Source of the DNA: a virus | Lineage: Duplodnaviria; Heunggongvirae; Uroviricota; Caudoviricetes | DNA: 62,834 nucleotides | Strand: one strand, 5' to 3' | Virus record (IMG/VR): IMGVR_UViG_3300027365_000008 | Shown here: positions 7,226 through 16,301 of the stretch, piece by piece | How the letters are laid out: each line of letters opens with the position of its first letter | Numbering within the stretch: position 1 is the first letter of the stretch | Position numbers and translations under genes: made by a program | The notes under the pieces: model-generated | The model's input: only the letters and a program-made list of their open reading frames with translations | What the model was told of the DNA's origin: nothing | The model's database searches: none

Positions 7226-9382
7226 ATGGCCAATGATCCGAATCAATTTGACATGGAAGATGTCGGCAAGTATCTTCTGGAAGAACTTGTTAAGAGCAAT
7301 CTCATTGAGAGTTCTGAAGCGTTCGTTATGTCGTCTCAGGTAATGTTGTCTGAGGCGAAAACCGAAAACAACACGGAGTTTCGGGGTAAGGATATTTCGT
7401 TTGATAGTTTCAAGCGTGTGTATTCAAACTATGACAGTTATCCCACTTCTGTCGCAGTATTGCAGGGTCTGGGTGTTGATATTAGCCAGATCACCAGTGG
7501 TGATAGTGCAACGAAAGCGGTACGTCGAATTGCTAAGCATTTCCGTGTGAATGGAAAGACCATCAACGGCTTGCCTATTGTTCCTCCCGGAATGCGTATC
7601 AAGTATTATAGTAGGCAGGCTAGAATTGCCATGAAGAATGGTGGTCATCCATATGACCCGTCCATAGATGATATTGATCCGGGTGAGCGCAACAAGCGGA
7701 ATCGTGCAACTGTCATCGTGGATAAGATCAACGCGCAGGAAATTATTCCGGGCGAGTTCTATGCTAACCATACCCGTATCCCGAAGTCTCGGTGGGCAAG
7801 CTGGTGGAAGTTCTGGGATCAGAGCAAGCAACATGTTCGACCCAACAAATTTAGCCTGACTGGTCAGCATTGGGGGAAGACATTCATTCTTGGTTACCAG
7901 ATTGATCAGAAGATGTTCGTGGAAATTTGGTACAACAGTCTCGATAGTTCATTCAGCCTCTATGATCGTAACGGAGTGGAACTGGGTACTCCTGTCGAGA
8001 CGGTACAAGAAGCCATTCGACATCTGACGCTCAACGTGGCGCGTATGGATAAGACCGATGGTGATATCTTTGCTCATGGCATCAATAATGGCGTCGCCCA
8101 GTCGATGATGCGCTCTTTGTCGAAAGACCTCACGGGCGAAGTTGGCGAGTTGCGTCGTCAAGACATGCTCAAATCTCGTCAGGATGCGGAAGATAGTGCC
8201 CATGTTCAAGCCAAAGCGGATGCCAAGCGACAAGCACGGGTTGACCGTGTGACGCAATACAAACGTAAAAAGAAAATTGAGGCTGCCACATATCGGGTCA
8301 CTCGTAAACTCATCAATAAAGGAAAATCGTTCGATTACGAAACTTTTAAACAGGAAATGAAGCGCGAGTACACGGATATGCGCGGCGATGCTGCGAATTG
8401 GACTACGTTCGTAAAATATGATCTCCCGACCTATTGGGAAGATGCCAAGTCCGAGTACCAGCAGGCTAAATCTGAATACTACCGGAACAACACTGCACCT
8501 GACCCTGAAGAAGCGGCTCGTGTGGTGGATATTCAGAGTCAGATTCGCCAAGGCAATGAACAGCGAGCAAAACGCCAAGCCGAACAGCGTGCTAAAGCGG
8601 ATAAAGAGTTTCAGGACAAGCATGGTACCAACATGAAGAATGCTCTGAATAAAGCCCGCAATAGCATGGATCGTATCAAGAATACCGATCAGGAATCTGC
8701 ATCGTCCGCCGAACGTGAAGCCGCCCTGATTGCACAGCGCAAACAGTTGGCTAAGGATATTGCCGATGAAGGTCAACCGGATGAAACCACAAGCAACGGG
8801 AAGAGTGGTCTGGGCAAACGGTTCAATCTGAATCCGCGCCGCAACAAGATGGAAGAGTCATACGTCCCCATGGATGAGGATGGTATCGATCAACGGGCCA
8901 TGGATTCTCGTGTTGAGAACATTCGAACTCATGCAGAGAACAGTGCCTATACCCAAGCGGCTCTCAAAGGGAAGGTGATGCAGGACTTGTTCACCATCTA
9001 TCACCAGACCAAAGCGGATGACAGCATGGCGACCAGTCGTTTCAGTCGTTGGATGCGCAATTTGTTCTTCAAAAACCGCAAGGACAAGATTATTTCACCG
9101 ACCGATCCGGCACCGATTTGGGATTCCATCAAAATGGGATTGAAAGGTCAGAAGTATCGGGCTGACTTCATCGTTGGTTTCAGCCTTGCGGATAAGGTCA
9201 ACATTGAAATCTGGTATGTCACTGAACCCGGCCCGGAAACGGATCGATTCAACATGAACACCACTATGCAATCCAGCTTCTATGTTTATGATGTGACTTC
9301 GAAAACCGTGGTCAGGAAGTATCTCCCCTACTATCGCAATGCGGTTCAGGTTGCATATTCCAAGTTGGGGACAACACTCTAA
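7226..9382 (+). CDS. Large hypothetical (probably virion) protein with a duplicated domain and central coiled coil
   Basis: 718 aa under a late promoter; FILGYQIDQKMFVEIWY...SSFSLYD recurs as FIVGFSLADKVNIEIWY...SSFYVYD. Confidence 0.6.
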   Translation: MANDPNQFDMEDVGKYLLEELVKSNLIESSEAFVMSSQVMLSEAKTENNTEFRGKDISFDSFKRVYSNYDSYPTSVAVLQGLGVDISQITSGDSATKAVRRIAKHFRVNGKTINGLPIVPPGMRIKYYSRQARIAMKNGGHPYDPSIDDIDPGERNKRNRATVIVDKINAQEIIPGEFYANHTRIPKSRWASWWKFWDQSKQHVRPNKFSLTGQHWGKTFILGYQIDQKMFVEIWYNSLDSSFSLYDRNGVELGTPVETVQEAIRHLTLNVARMDKTDGDIFAHGINNGVAQSMMRSLSKDLTGEVGELRRQDMLKSRQDAEDSAHVQAKADAKRQARVDRVTQYKRKKKIEAATYRVTRKLINKGKSFDYETFKQEMKREYTDMRGDAANWTTFVKYDLPTYWEDAKSEYQQAKSEYYRNNTAPDPEEAARVVDIQSQIRQGNEQRAKRQAEQRAKADKEFQDKHGTNMKNALNKARNSMDRIKNTDQESASSAEREAALIAQRKQLAKDIADEGQPDETTSNGKSGLGKRFNLNPRRNKMEESYVPMDEDGIDQRAMDSRVENIRTHAENSAYTQAALKGKVMQDLFTIYHQTKADDSMATSRFSRWMRNLFFKNRKDKIISPTDPAPIWDSIKMGLKGQKYRADFIVGFSLADKVNIEIWYVTEPGPETDRFNMNTTMQSSFYVYDVTSKTVVRKYLPYYRNAVQVAYSKLGTTL

Positions 9383-9390
9383 GGTGATCT

Positions 9391-11718
9391 ATGAATATCT
9401 CTCAGTCTGAGATCGATCAGTTCAATTCGATGACCAACCTGTTTGAACAGCAAGGAGTGACGGATTCGGCGGCATCGCTAGGTGCCGCTGGGATCATGCG
9501 TCAACAACTTCAAGCTATTCAGGACAACACGGAAGCGGTTGCTGGGCTGACGAAACAGGAACGTGATTCCAACGGGCGGTTTGTTAGTTCTGGATCATCA
9601 CCAATCAGACCGCCTCAAATGCAATGGCAAGAAGACGAATATGTTCCTCTTGTTGAACAACTGAAAGGGACTGTATTCACGGTTCGTGTTTCCAATGCCT
9701 TCAACGAGATTGTCGATCCGATGTATAGGCGGATGCAACTTATTTCAGTCGATGAACGGTTGCATACGAACAAATTGCATCTGGAATCTAAGCGCCAGCG
9801 TCGTGAAATGATCCGTGCGTTGGAACACCTAACTTCGAAAGGCGAAACGTCTCTCCGGTCGTTGTACTTGAGTTTCCAAGACTTCATGCGGTTTCCGGTA
9901 TGGAATACGCTTCGTTTTATCGGCAATTCACTTAGAACCACGGTGAGTGGTATTCTTTTTGGGTTCAAAAAGAGAAAGAGTGATACTGATCGTATTGTCG
10001 AAGCTATTAGCAAACAGACCGAGTTCCTGAGAACGGGTGCCATCGACAACACAAATGGGTTCTTTGTGCGCATGTGGCGTCAAGGGATCATGGGTATGCC
10101 GGTTAAGGCTATCGGTGAATCGCTATTGGAAGCTACTACGGGCATCAGTCGGTCGCGTGCCCAGAACCGCGAGGATGCGCGTGCGCGGGGAGAACAGGGT
10201 GACTCCCGGTGGGGTGCCCGCATGTCCACCCTTATGTATCTGCGAAGCCTCAATCTCCGTGGAACAAACGCGGGCGCGTCTGGTGGTTTGGATCAAGACC
10301 CTAAAGTGAGTCTTTTGACTGAAATCCGTGATATCTTGTTAGGATTCAAACAGGATGTTTCGGGTATGTTTGGTAATGTGGTTGATATCGGTGGTGCCTT
10401 TGCAAGTGCGATCATCAATAGTCAGGTTCAACAACATACCTTGCTTTATCAGCAAAGTGTTCTGAATCACCTATCAGTAATTGGATCGAACACGCAGTTG
10501 CTTACTCACCAGAACGCTCAGTCCATTGGTGATATGCTGAGTAGTTCACCGCTGAATGTTTCAATGGTCAACATGGCGGAAATCACCAAAGGCAACGAAC
10601 GAATGAAAGAAGTCATCGTTGCTATGGCCGAAGAGAACAGCAATTGGCAAAAACGCAGTTACGATCAACAGCAGAAAACAGGCAGTACGATTGATCGTGA
10701 GTTTGTATCGCTCAATGACATCGGGGATACGCTGAAGAAATCTACCGAGCATGAGAAAGATCAGGTCAAATGGCTCAAGCGGCTTCGTGACGGGCAGATT
10801 TGGCAGACCATCATGAAAGGTGCCAGTATCGCCTTGAACGGTATCAGGACGGTTCTGGGAACGATCTCGAATACCCTGTTGGGGATTGCTGGAACGGTGG
10901 CTGCTATTCTGAAACTGCGCCGTCTTGGTGGATTCGGTAACTCGACTCCCGACATTGATCCGTCTACCGGAAAACCGAAGCCCAAAGGGAAGAATCCCAA
11001 AGGTGGAATGATCAAACGGGCGCTTGATTTCCTTAAAAAGAACGCTACTAAAGCAGCGCCGGTTGTTCGTAAAGGGGTTTCCATGGTTCGTGCAGTACCG
11101 GGTCTTGGTACCATGGCAACAGTAGCCACCGGAGCATCCCTTGCCGGTCAGATGCTGGCTCCTGATCTGGCTTCCCCCGAAGCGATGAAGAAGCGTTACG
11201 TTGCGCCGCCTGACTCGAATCAGTATATGTCTCGTCCCGCTGACGGACTGGCACTCCCCAATGATGGCGGGCAATTCGTGAGGGATGCTAAAGCGGCGAA
11301 AGAACAATATATCGCTTCCCAGAACACCAAGGATGTGACCCCGAGGATTGGTGACTCGGTTGATGGCTTGAAAGAAAGCATGAAGTCGCTTGGTGATAAA
11401 TTGGATAGCCTATATGACCAGAAATTCAAGAAATTCTTCTCGTCAAACAGCATTGATACCAACAATGTGAAAAACGCAATTAAGGATATCAGTGCTAAGT
11501 ATGATGCGTCCTATCCTCAGTTGGATAAGGTTCTGAGTCAGGTCAAAGACGAGATGAAGTCTACCTATGATTCCGGTGCCAAGAAATCGGAAGACCTACT
11601 GAAGAAGGTTGAAGAACACCTGCGTAAGCTGGTGGAAAATGATAACAAACGTGGTACGGATTCATCCCCCATCGTTCATTTTCCGTCTGGCACCAATCAT
11701 AGCATTTACGGAGATTGA
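9391..11718 (+). CDS. Probable tape measure / hub protein (gp29-like)
   Basis: 775 aa, mostly helical with two hydrophobic Gly/Ala segments; lies between gp26/gp51 and the gp48-like/gp53 genes. Confidence 0.5.
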   Translation: MNISQSEIDQFNSMTNLFEQQGVTDSAASLGAAGIMRQQLQAIQDNTEAVAGLTKQERDSNGRFVSSGSSPIRPPQMQWQEDEYVPLVEQLKGTVFTVRVSNAFNEIVDPMYRRMQLISVDERLHTNKLHLESKRQRREMIRALEHLTSKGETSLRSLYLSFQDFMRFPVWNTLRFIGNSLRTTVSGILFGFKKRKSDTDRIVEAISKQTEFLRTGAIDNTNGFFVRMWRQGIMGMPVKAIGESLLEATTGISRSRAQNREDARARGEQGDSRWGARMSTLMYLRSLNLRGTNAGASGGLDQDPKVSLLTEIRDILLGFKQDVSGMFGNVVDIGGAFASAIINSQVQQHTLLYQQSVLNHLSVIGSNTQLLTHQNAQSIGDMLSSSPLNVSMVNMAEITKGNERMKEVIVAMAEENSNWQKRSYDQQQKTGSTIDREFVSLNDIGDTLKKSTEHEKDQVKWLKRLRDGQIWQTIMKGASIALNGIRTVLGTISNTLLGIAGTVAAILKLRRLGGFGNSTPDIDPSTGKPKPKGKNPKGGMIKRALDFLKKNATKAAPVVRKGVSMVRAVPGLGTMATVATGASLAGQMLAPDLASPEAMKKRYVAPPDSNQYMSRPADGLALPNDGGQFVRDAKAAKEQYIASQNTKDVTPRIGDSVDGLKESMKSLGDKLDSLYDQKFKKFFSSNSIDTNNVKNAIKDISAKYDASYPQLDKVLSQVKDEMKSTYDSGAKKSEDLLKKVEEHLRKLVENDNKRGTDSSPIVHFPSGTNHSIYGD

Positions 11719-11721
11719 TGA

Positions 11722-12471
11722 ATGACACAGCATAGAATGCGGGAGGTTGATTCTAAGTTCAAAGTCAAGATTACTGCTTATGGCGGTGACAAAGGCATTG
11801 AAATGGTCGAAGCGCCACTGCCCGAGACATTTGGTGTAACTGTGGGGTCGGAATTTTCGGCCCCGTTTGATGGAAACTTGGTCAATGGGACACTCGCCAA
11901 GGTGGCAGCACTTCAGGGCATGGCTAAGAAGACTGGGATGTCGGGGAACAAGATGTATTCTAACCCCGAACCGTCTGAGATTTCATTTGAACTTGAATTT
12001 GAAGCATACTATTCCGCTAAGGAAGAAGTTCTGCTTCCGGTGGCCTTGCTGATGACCATGGCCCTCGGTACTCACTTGACCATGGAAGACCTCGATGCTT
12101 CAACTCGACGTTTCCTCGGTAAAGCCGATAACTTCCTTGGAACATCGTCTGAAAACACATACGATTCTGTCGATGTGGCATCTCAAAACACCGAACATTG
12201 GGCAGATCGTATCAGTAACTTCATCGGGTTCATTCAGGGACCGAGAAAAGTGAGGATCAACTTCGGTAACACATTCAGATTGCCTTCTGTTTGGATTTCT
12301 AGTGTGTCTCCGCAATTCAGTAATGTTCTTGATGCAGAAGGGTACCCGATGTCAGCAACGGCATCTGTCACCTGCGTACTCGAACAGGAACCGATTGTTG
12401 AGGATGTGAATGAATGGTTTAGTGGTGCCATCGGTGGTGGCGTCTCGTCTCGTGGTGATATTGGGAGGTAA
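11722..12471 (+). CDS. Baseplate-tube junction protein (gp48-like tube fold)
   Basis: PEPSEISFELEF, GPRKVRINFGNTFRLPSVWISSVS, GYPMSATASVT. Confidence 0.55.
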   Translation: MTQHRMREVDSKFKVKITAYGGDKGIEMVEAPLPETFGVTVGSEFSAPFDGNLVNGTLAKVAALQGMAKKTGMSGNKMYSNPEPSEISFELEFEAYYSAKEEVLLPVALLMTMALGTHLTMEDLDASTRRFLGKADNFLGTSSENTYDSVDVASQNTEHWADRISNFIGFIQGPRKVRINFGNTFRLPSVWISSVSPQFSNVLDAEGYPMSATASVTCVLEQEPIVEDVNEWFSGAIGGGVSSRGDIGR

Positions 12472-12476
12472 TACGA

Positions 12477-12794
12477 ATGTCAATGATTAGCACTCGTGAG
12501 TTCTATGGTCAACATGATCTGGATGAACTCACCTTGGAACTGGATTACATCGATACCAATATCCACAAGATGGATTTGCCAACCACACAAACCATTCGGC
12601 TGCCGGTGGCCTTTGAATATCGTCCTGATCTGTTGTCTCAGAAATACTTTGGCAACTATCACATGGGGTGGCTGATCACACTCCACAACAACTTCCTCGA
12701 TCCGGTCAGGGATTACTATGTGGGTCGATTGGTCGATATCCCTGATCTGGATGCGTACTATCGATTCTATAACAACAATGCGAAGGTGATCTAA
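12477..12794 (+). CDS. gp53: Baseplate wedge LysM-like protein (gp53-like)
   Basis: EYRPDLLSQKYFGNYHMGWLITLHNN...GRLVDIP. Confidence 0.75.
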   Translation: MSMISTREFYGQHDLDELTLELDYIDTNIHKMDLPTTQTIRLPVAFEYRPDLLSQKYFGNYHMGWLITLHNNFLDPVRDYYVGRLVDIPDLDAYYRFYNNNAKVI

Positions 12795-14092
12795 TGGCAG
12801 ACGAGACGATTATTTTTGAACAGATGCTAGGCAAACCGAATTACGATGATGCTATCTTCGTTCGGTTGTCTACGTCTGCCGATATTGGCATGTTCATGTT
12901 TCGGGTAGGTGGCATCGTGGTCAAGGAAGGGTTGTCATTGGGCAGCCCTGTGGCAATCATCGATTTTATCGATGCTACGGGCGATCTGGTCAATCACAAT
13001 CGTCTCGATACGAATGCCACATACAACTTGCACATTGGCAAATCCCCTGAGCATACCAAAGTGGTATCGCTGAAGATTTCACGAATTGATTTCGAGAATC
13101 ATATCGGCGGGAAGACGGAACAGGTCAACTTCCGGGTTCACTTTGTTCATGCGACATGGGAAGCCATGATGCACAAGTCACATAACCGAGGGTGGAACAA
13201 CACCAAGTTGTCTTCGGTGGTGAATAGCATCGTGTCGGATATCAATTTCCGTGACAAGTACGTATCACCGACCAGAACAGTTCATGAGTTCGTGGTTCAA
13301 CCCAATTGGACAAACCAGACCTTCCTCAAGTGGCTTGCTGAACGATCTGACACTAACTCCCAGTATGATGGTCACTTCGAGTTCGGAATCACCATGGATG
13401 GAACTTTCTTCTATGGTTCTATTCCTGACTTGGTTGATCGATTCAAATCCATGAAGAATGTCATTCCGTCGATCAAGATGGGTGGTTACTATGGGTCGAA
13501 TGATCGTCGCAAGGAAGCCACCAAAGCGAACGAATATGTTCCTATCAATTTCACGAAACTCGGATGCACCGAAGATTTCTTCGAGATGACATTGCAAGGA
13601 GCCGGAGGCGTCAGGACACGCTATTACGATTTCGAACGAGGGGAGTTTGTCGTTCGAGATAACAAGTATGGCGATTCTCGCTCATCCCAATTGTCAGATT
13701 GGTCATTGATCCATCCTGAGAATGAACTGGCAGGACTCAACATTGCCTATGGACGGGATACCCTTTCGGAGAACAACAGCAATAACCGGGTATCTTCAGC
13801 CACCATGTCGATGCAACGGATGAAAGTGGAGATCAATGGCACGCCTTTCGTTTCCATCGGGGATATCATCGAAGTCATCATTCCGACGCCTGTGGATTCG
13901 AGTAAAATACCCTATAGTGAAATGTATTCTGGATACTACATGGTGTCCGAAGTCGAACATCTAATTACCACCAGAACACAATCGACAAATTACACCACTG
14001 CCTTGACTTTGAGCCGTCAGGGGATTGATGGAAAATCGATTAAGGGTCTGGTGAAATCAAAGGTAGGTAAGGTTCAATTCAATGATTCATAA
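12794..14092 (+). CDS. Baseplate hub protein (gp27/gpD-like)
   Basis: 432 aa directly before the spike gene; VQPNWTNQTFLKWLA, INGTPFVSIGDIIEV, YSGYYMVSEVEHLI. Confidence 0.7.
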   Translation: MADETIIFEQMLGKPNYDDAIFVRLSTSADIGMFMFRVGGIVVKEGLSLGSPVAIIDFIDATGDLVNHNRLDTNATYNLHIGKSPEHTKVVSLKISRIDFENHIGGKTEQVNFRVHFVHATWEAMMHKSHNRGWNNTKLSSVVNSIVSDINFRDKYVSPTRTVHEFVVQPNWTNQTFLKWLAERSDTNSQYDGHFEFGITMDGTFFYGSIPDLVDRFKSMKNVIPSIKMGGYYGSNDRRKEATKANEYVPINFTKLGCTEDFFEMTLQGAGGVRTRYYDFERGEFVVRDNKYGDSRSSQLSDWSLIHPENELAGLNIAYGRDTLSENNSNNRVSSATMSMQRMKVEINGTPFVSIGDIIEVIIPTPVDSSKIPYSEMYSGYYMVSEVEHLITTRTQSTNYTTALTLSRQGIDGKSIKGLVKSKVGKVQFNDS

Positions 14093-15536
14093 GTCATACG
14101 ACAGGAAGACGAATGAAAAGTCTTTCACGGGAAATTATCGCGGCGTTGTCATCAATGATCTTGATCCTATGGAAGCGGGCAGGGTCAAGATTCGGGTATT
14201 TGGGGTGCATGACGAACTCCTAGAGGATGATATTCCGTGGGCGATCTTTGCTGATCCGTTGATGGGAGGTCAGCCCGGACTCGGTGGGTTCATTACCCCG
14301 GATGTCGGTTCTCATGTGTGGGTCTTTTTCGAAGGAGGCGATCACATGCAACCCGTCTTCTTCGCCGGGGCACCCGCCAAACCTCATGGACCCCCCGAGA
14401 AGACCCTAGATGGTGTCCAGTACCCGCGCAACAAGGTATTCAGGACCAAGGCAGGGCATGTGATTGAAATCGATGACACGCCCGGTGACACGCGGATTCA
14501 TGTTCTTCACAAGTCAGGCACCCACAAGACATATCATGAGAACGGGGATGCTGTTGAAGAGATCACCAATAATCTGAGCATCTATGTGGAAAAGGATGCT
14601 TCCATCTATGTCAAAGGGAATGTGGACGAAACGGTAGAGGGTAATGTCAAGCGGCAGGTTCAAGGTGACGTTGAAGAGATTGTCAACGGGGACTTCACCA
14701 CCACAATTTTCGGACGCAGAAAGGAACAGTCGGGTAATGGTACCGAATATCTGTCATCCAATAATGTGACCGTCTCCGGTTCCCGAATCGATCTTAACCC
14801 CGGTGGTGTGGCAATCCGAATGGTGGCAGGACGATTCGTTTATACGGCTCCCTATGCCTACTCCTACGGGTCAGCGAAGCCTCTGGTCGAACAGGCTGGT
14901 GTGAACGCACCTTTTGATACCCCTGATGAGCAGAATGTGAAAGAAGCCGAATTGGCGTATGGTGAGTATCCGACAGAACCGACAGCACCATTGCCGACAG
15001 AAACTATTACTACTACCGATGAAACGGTAACCGAACAATCAGGAGAATGCCCCGTGGTCAATGATCCAAACGATCCGTACAGTATCCCCCTTGGAAATGG
15101 AACCTTCACGGTTAATGATCTGTCCTTGGGCGCAGTGTTCTCGCATCCTCTGGAAGCCCAGAATGGTCTTACTGTGGATGATATCGTGTGCAACCTTCAT
15201 AATCTGGTTCTCAATTGCCTTGATCCGATTTCAAGCAATTTCCCTGATCTACGAATCAATAGTGGATTCCGGCGGGGCGGCGGGGCCAGCCAACATTTAA
15301 AGGGCATGGCAATTGATCTACAATTCTCTTCAGGGGGAACCAAAGACGATTACAAACGAGTTCTCGATTTCATTGCTAAGAACGTACCCTATGACCAATG
15401 CATCATTGAAACCAGTAACGGATCGACCTATTGGATTCATATAAGTTTCGACAAGGACAAAACTACCCAACGTAAGGAACGTCTGACTTATGTTTCGGGT
15501 CGCAGTCCGGCATACACAAGCGGATGGGAGGTGTAA
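14082..15536 (+). CDS. gp5: Baseplate central spike (gp5-like OB fold and beta-helix) with C-terminal M15-family Zn peptidase
   Basis: YRGVVINDLDPMEAGRVKIRVFG...PWA...PDVGSHVWVFFEGGD; TKAGHVIEIDDTPG; VxGN repeats; C-terminal INSGFR...SQHLKGMAID...WIHISF. Confidence 0.85.
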   Translation: MIHKSYDRKTNEKSFTGNYRGVVINDLDPMEAGRVKIRVFGVHDELLEDDIPWAIFADPLMGGQPGLGGFITPDVGSHVWVFFEGGDHMQPVFFAGAPAKPHGPPEKTLDGVQYPRNKVFRTKAGHVIEIDDTPGDTRIHVLHKSGTHKTYHENGDAVEEITNNLSIYVEKDASIYVKGNVDETVEGNVKRQVQGDVEEIVNGDFTTTIFGRRKEQSGNGTEYLSSNNVTVSGSRIDLNPGGVAIRMVAGRFVYTAPYAYSYGSAKPLVEQAGVNAPFDTPDEQNVKEAELAYGEYPTEPTAPLPTETITTTDETVTEQSGECPVVNDPNDPYSIPLGNGTFTVNDLSLGAVFSHPLEAQNGLTVDDIVCNLHNLVLNCLDPISSNFPDLRINSGFRRGGGASQHLKGMAIDLQFSSGGTKDDYKRVLDFIAKNVPYDQCIIETSNGSTYWIHISFDKDKTTQRKERLTYVSGRSPAYTSGWEV

Positions 15537-15538
15537 AT

Positions 15539-15823
15539 ATGCCAGCAGTAACACGGAAAGGGGATATGAGTAAAGGTCATAAGCCATATCCACCTAGACC
15601 CTCAATTGAAGGCTCACCCGATGTTTTTGTGAATGGAAAAGCAGCACATCGTCAGGGTGATAAATGGGATGTTCATTGCTCTGGTGATTGTCACGATGGG
15701 GTGTTGTCATCAGGGAGTTCGACGGTATTTGTCAATGGCAAGCAATTGGGACGAGTAGGTGACCCAATTAGTTGCGGGGATACTGTCGAAGAAGGCTCAC
15801 CCGATGTTTATGCCGGTGGCTGA
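15539..15823 (+). CDS. PAAR spike-tip protein (gp5.4-like)
   Basis: MPAVTRKGD...GH...EGSPDVFVNGKAAHRQGD...GSSTVFVNGKQLGRVGD. Confidence 0.92.
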   Translation: MPAVTRKGDMSKGHKPYPPRPSIEGSPDVFVNGKAAHRQGDKWDVHCSGDCHDGVLSSGSSTVFVNGKQLGRVGDPISCGDTVEEGSPDVYAGG

Positions 15824-15833
15824 ATAATAAATA

Positions 15834-15851
15834 GGGGACCAACCGGTCCCC
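15834..15851 (+). terminator. Intrinsic terminator after PAAR
   Basis: ggggacc-aacc-ggtcccc followed by tttctcgttt. Confidence 0.65.
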
Positions 15852-15868
15852 TTTCTCGTTTCTGGGTC

Positions 15869-15876
15869 TATAAATA
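15869..15876 (+). promoter_or_regulatory. Late promoter TATAAATA
   Basis: Perfect consensus upstream of gp25. Confidence 0.7.
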
Positions 15877-15903
15877 CGCTTGTAACTATATAGGCTCAGA
15901 ACT

Positions 15904-16290
15904 ATGCCCAAACACATCTATTCTGATTTCGATAAAGAATTAGCGATTGATTCTAAAGGTCAAGTTGAAATCAATTACGACGAAGACGTGATCGTTGAAT
16001 CAATCCGTATGATCATTGCCGTTGTGGCTGGCGAGCGGGTCAGGAGTCCGTTTGGTGGATCACTGGTACGCTATCTTTTCGAACCCATTTCCCCGGATGT
16101 CGCCGAGATCATCGGATACGAACTTCGTGAACAAATCGAACGGTTCGAACCCCGTGTGACCATCGATGTCATCAACGTCTACCCGGATATTGATAACAAC
16201 CGGTATGAGGTTTCTGTTCGTGTGACGATTAAATCACTGCGAACGACCACGACTTTCCAGACCCGTCTTCGTTCACTGGCGGCTGAATAA
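15904..16290 (+). CDS. gp25: Baseplate wedge protein (gp25-like)
   Basis: YSDFD, GERVRSPFGGSLVRYLFEPI, IERFEPRV. Confidence 0.9.
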   Translation: MPKHIYSDFDKELAIDSKGQVEINYDEDVIVESIRMIIAVVAGERVRSPFGGSLVRYLFEPISPDVAEIIGYELREQIERFEPRVTIDVINVYPDIDNNRYEVSVRVTIKSLRTTTTFQTRLRSLAAE

Positions 16291-16301
16291 AAGGAATCAC
16301 C

